Source: Ruegeria phage vB_RpoS-V10
Sequence record: MH015255.1
DNA length: 24,000 bases
Strand: one strand, 5' to 3'
The translations under genes and the position numbers were made by a program. Every line of letters begins with the position of its first letter. Position 1 is the first letter of the stretch. Below are positions 20,829 to 24,000 of this stretch, piece after piece. The notes beneath the pieces are model-generated. The model did not search any database. It was not told the origin of the DNA and saw nothing but the letters and a program-made list of their open reading frames with translations.

Positions 20829-20853
20829 AAACAATCGGACAGCCAAATCGTCA

Positions 20854-20908
20854 TTTGACCCGTTATGTCACTTTTCTTGACATTAGCCGTCTGCTTTGTC
20901 ATTAATAC
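20854..20908 (+). promoter_or_regulatory. Duplicated promoter block upstream of the portal gene
   Basis: TTTGACCCGTTATGTCACTTTTCTTGACAT matches 29/30 with 23094-23123. Confidence 0.65.
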
Positions 20909-20932
20909 GGACAAACGAGGCAAAACAGCAAC

Positions 20933-22573
20933 ATGACAAGCACACCAAATCCCCGCACAAAGTCACAGGTAGACGTCGCATTCAATGCGTCGCCAGTTCT
21001 GCACCCCGACTACCAGTATTGGTCGCCGATGTGGCGGATGATCCGCGATGCGGAAATTGGTGAAGTTGAAATCAAGCGCAAGGGGCAGACTTACCTCCCC
21101 AAGCTGCAGGGCCACGATCAGGACCAGTACAACTCCTACCTCCACCGCGCCGTGTTCTTCAACATGACGTCGAAGACCTTGAACGCGCTGTACGGGACAA
21201 TGTTCCGGCGCAACCCCAAGGTATCCGGCCTTTCCGCCAACCTCACCAAGATCACAAAGAACTTTTCCAAGGATGGAATGTCCTTGCACCTGACCGCCAA
21301 GACTGCCGCAAAGGAAGTCCTCGCTGTCGGGCGTTATGGCATGCTCGTTGATGCCGCCCCTGACGGGGCCGGTAACGCGTACGCAGCCTGCTATACCGCA
21401 GAGAACATCCTCGACTGGCACATGGAAGAGATCAACGGTACGTGGGCATACACCCGCGTCGTCCTGCGCGAAATCAGCTACAAGCGCGACAGCCACTTCT
21501 CCCCATACGATTACACGTCGCGTTTCCGCGTCCTTGTTCTGCACGAACTGCCGGATGGTGGGCACGTGTACGAGCAGCACATCTACGAAGACCGCGACAT
21601 GCGGGGCATTCCTGACTTCAAGGGGATGCCGGACGGCATCGTAATTCCGACAGTCCGCGGTGAACCGCTCGGGTACATCCCATTCGCAATCGTGGGGCCG
21701 TTCACAAACCACCCTGACGTACAGAAGCCGCCAATCCTCGACATCGTTACGCTGAACTTCAGCCACTACGGTTCGTATGCCCAGCTTGAGCAGGGCCGCT
21801 TCTATACCGCAAACCCAGTCTACTACACGTCCAGCGGCACCGCCGACGACGGCGAGGGTGAATACTATGTCGGCCCAGACGTTGTCTGGGAGCTTGGCAA
21901 GGATGGCAAGGCAGGTGTCATCGAGTTTCAGGGCCACGGCCTCAAGTTCCTTGAGAGCGCACTCGACATGAAGGAATCGCAGATCGCGGCTCTTGGTGGT
22001 CGGATGATGCCGGGACTTTCGCGCGGCGCTGCCGAAAGCGACAACAGTCTCAAGATGAAGGAGCAGAACGAACAGACCCTTCTTCTCAACATCTCAGACA
22101 CCATGGACGAAGCCTTCACGCAGATCATCAAGTGGTGGGCCGATTGGAACAACGCTCCGGGATCAGTCGTCGACAAGATCGTATTTGAGACCAACCGCGA
22201 CTTCCTGCTGAAGGACATCGGCGCTCGCGAGTTCCGGGCGATCCATCAGATGTACGCAGATGGGGTCATCCCTCTTGATGTCGTCTATGAGTATCTGCGC
22301 AAGGCAGAGGTCATCCCTGAGTGGATGGATGATGTCGAGTACAAGAAGCTTCTCAACGATTCCAAGCAGTTCCCGCACATGGTCGACGTTCTTGCGCGCA
22401 TGAACGATTACCCTGACGCAAAGTCCTTCCTTGAGTACAAGATGCAGAAGGAAGAGTGGGCGCACGCCGCACAGGAAGTTAAGCCGTCTCCGAACGATCC
22501 TTCCGCACCACCGGTACCGAAGCAGGCGATGGACGCGCGCGCGGTAGACAAGAAGCGGGAGGCAGCGCAGTAA
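20933..22573 (+). CDS. Phage portal protein, DUF4055-like, 546 aa
   Basis: HPDYQYWSPMWRMIRDAEIGE...LNALYGTMFRRNP...GEPLGYIPFAIVG; size and composition typical of a portal. Confidence 0.8.
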   Translation: MTSTPNPRTKSQVDVAFNASPVLHPDYQYWSPMWRMIRDAEIGEVEIKRKGQTYLPKLQGHDQDQYNSYLHRAVFFNMTSKTLNALYGTMFRRNPKVSGLSANLTKITKNFSKDGMSLHLTAKTAAKEVLAVGRYGMLVDAAPDGAGNAYAACYTAENILDWHMEEINGTWAYTRVVLREISYKRDSHFSPYDYTSRFRVLVLHELPDGGHVYEQHIYEDRDMRGIPDFKGMPDGIVIPTVRGEPLGYIPFAIVGPFTNHPDVQKPPILDIVTLNFSHYGSYAQLEQGRFYTANPVYYTSSGTADDGEGEYYVGPDVVWELGKDGKAGVIEFQGHGLKFLESALDMKESQIAALGGRMMPGLSRGAAESDNSLKMKEQNEQTLLLNISDTMDEAFTQIIKWWADWNNAPGSVVDKIVFETNRDFLLKDIGAREFRAIHQMYADGVIPLDVVYEYLRKAEVIPEWMDDVEYKKLLNDSKQFPHMVDVLARMNDYPDAKSFLEYKMQKEEWAHAAQEVKPSPNDPSAPPVPKQAMDARAVDKKREAAQ

Positions 22574-22846
22574 ATGCCCAGCCTCTCCGACCTCAAGACC
22601 CAGAGCCTTCTCGAAGCCATCTTGGATGAGCTTCGTGAAATCCGCAAGATTGTGGCAGAGCCTACGGAACCGGGTTATCCTGACCCATACCTCCCCCCAC
22701 CATACATCCCAACAAGTCCGGCAAACCCTCCACGCGAGTGGCCTGCTCGGAACTGTTCTCGCTGTGGAATCCAGCTCAGCGGGGTGATGGGGTATGCCTG
22801 CCAGCACGCTGATTGTCCAACGGGCCTCGGCCCTACTATCTGCTGA
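22574..22846 (+). CDS. Hypothetical protein with C-terminal Cys-rich motif, 90 aa
   Basis: MPSLSDLKTQSLLEAILDELREIRKIV...NCSRCGIQLSGVMGYACQHADCPTG; starts just after the portal stop. Confidence 0.7.
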   Translation: MPSLSDLKTQSLLEAILDELREIRKIVAEPTEPGYPDPYLPPPYIPTSPANPPREWPARNCSRCGIQLSGVMGYACQHADCPTGLGPTIC

Positions 22847-22854
22847 GAGAAGAC

Positions 22855-23067
22855 ATGAAGGCACGCTACGGCATCAATCCAGACTACCTCGATCACGACG
22901 AGATCGACCACGACGCCGCAGAGGCATTGGACGACTTCGACAACGGGATGATCACACTGGACGAATTGAAGGAACACATCGGTCCGGAAGGCGTCCGCGC
23001 GCTTCTGGAACGCTTGGAAGATGAAGGCGAAATCCACCGCCTTTTTGACGACCCGGAAGATTATTGA
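22855..23067 (+). CDS. Hypothetical acidic protein, 70 aa
   Basis: GAGAGAAG RBS; MKARYGINPDYLDHDEIDHDAAEALDDFDNGMITLDELKEHIG... Confidence 0.65.
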   Translation: MKARYGINPDYLDHDEIDHDAAEALDDFDNGMITLDELKEHIGPEGVRALLERLEDEGEIHRLFDDPEDY

Positions 23068-23093
23068 CCAACCTCGTGAATGTCAATGATATA

Positions 23094-23145
23094 TTTGACC
23101 CGTTTTGTCACTTTTCTTGACATCTCATCAAAAACCGGCTAGAAA
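23094..23145 (+). promoter_or_regulatory. Promoter TTGACA-N17-TAGAAA with conserved upstream block
   Basis: TTTGACCCGTTTTGTCACTTTTCTTGACAT...TAGAAATACGGACA; near-copy of 20854. Confidence 0.65.
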
Positions 23146-23286
23146 TACGGACATTGAAACGACGCATGAAGCGGATGTGACATATTCCGCGACTAACGTC
23201 ACACGACCGAGGGGACCCACCCTCACCCAGCATCGGCGATGCAGGATCACACACACAAGGGAACACGGCGGGGCCGTGGGAAACAT

Positions 23287-24000
23287 ATGGCAACTCTTAG
23301 CTACGCAAGTCTCTCCGAAGTACCGGAATCTCTCCGGGACAGTGCCAAGGAAAGCGAAGACGGCAAGTACACCGTGAAGGTGGCACCGGCTGACAAGATT
23401 CAGGAATTCCGTGAGAACAACGTAAAGCTCTCACAGCAGCGTGACGATTTGGTCGGCAAGGTGACCAAGTACGAACAGGTTACGGGCGTAGCGCTCGATG
23501 ATCTCCCGACCGGGAAGCTGGATGACTTTGCAAAGATGCTGGAAAAGCTTCGTGACACCTCCAAGCGTGTTGCTGATGGCGCTCTGGTTGAGAATACGTC
23601 GCTTGAAGAAGCGGCAGCAGCACGGGTCACGGAAGTGACCAACAATCTCAAGGCCCAGCTCGCTGAAATGGCCCGTGATCGTGATGCACAGAAGGAACGT
23701 GCGAAGTCCGCGGACGAACGCGCCAACCAGATGCAGGTCGAGAACTCGATCCGTTTGGCGGCAAGTGACCCGGATGTAGCCATGCTCGACAAGGCCGTAA
23801 ACCTCGTCCTGCCTTCGGCCTTCAAGGTCTTCAAGGTGGATGACAGCGGCAAGCTGATGCCGAAGACGACGGATGGCACAGTGATCTACGGTTCAGACGG
23901 CGTAACGCCGATGTCCGTGAAGGAATGGCTGCTCAAGCAGCGCGACGACAATGGGTTCCTGTTCAAGGGATCACAGGGTGGTGGCGCGAGCGGCTCGGAC
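23287..24000 (+). CDS. Putative phage scaffolding-like protein (partial, runs off the window)
   Basis: Open frame MATLSYASLSEVPESLRDSAKESEDGKYTVKVAPADKIQEFRENN...coiled-coil middle...KEWLLKQRDDNGFLFKGSQGGGASGSD with no stop before 24000. Position after the portal supports a scaffold role. Confidence 0.7.
   Translation, partial: MATLSYASLSEVPESLRDSAKESEDGKYTVKVAPADKIQEFRENNVKLSQQRDDLVGKVTKYEQVTGVALDDLPTGKLDDFAKMLEKLRDTSKRVADGALVENTSLEEAAAARVTEVTNNLKAQLAEMARDRDAQKERAKSADERANQMQVENSIRLAASDPDVAMLDKAVNLVLPSAFKVFKVDDSGKLMPKTTDGTVIYGSDGVTPMSVKEWLLKQRDDNGFLFKGSQGGGASGSD

Overview
The window looks like part of a tailed-phage genome, probably from an alphaproteobacterial virus (inference from the tmRNA architecture, DUF1127-like proteins and an exact canonical parS). 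It has four zones. (1) ~1-5.2 kb: small, mostly unknown early-type ORFs, each preceded by a recurrent ~85-bp promoter/5'UTR element and often followed by a GC-rich hairpin. This zone also has an exact 16-bp parS and a CATGG/GAGC low-complexity palindromic region. (2) ~5.5-20.8 kb: a translation-oriented RNA island. I read about 35 convincing tRNAs by hand, covering all 20 amino acids, plus several aberrant tRNA-like elements. It also carries a circularly permuted (two-piece) tmRNA with tag ANINNAPMEMAIAA* and a ~0.9-1 kb gene-free, GNRA/UUCG-rich region that is a candidate large ornate RNA (GOLLD/ROOL-like or new). Tandem promoters and a boxA-like element sit upstream. (3) Proteins embedded among the tRNAs: an RlaP-like nucleotidyltransferase, an adenine-methyltransferase-like protein, a SLOG/DUF2493 protein, a Pth2-type peptidyl-tRNA hydrolase, a YkuK/DUF458 RNase H-like protein and two tandem DUF1127-like miniproteins. 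(4) 20.9-24 kb: start of the structural module (DUF4055-like portal, then a scaffold-like ORF running off the window). All RNA calls were folded by eye with no covariance-model scan. Family names come from recognised motifs, not searches.
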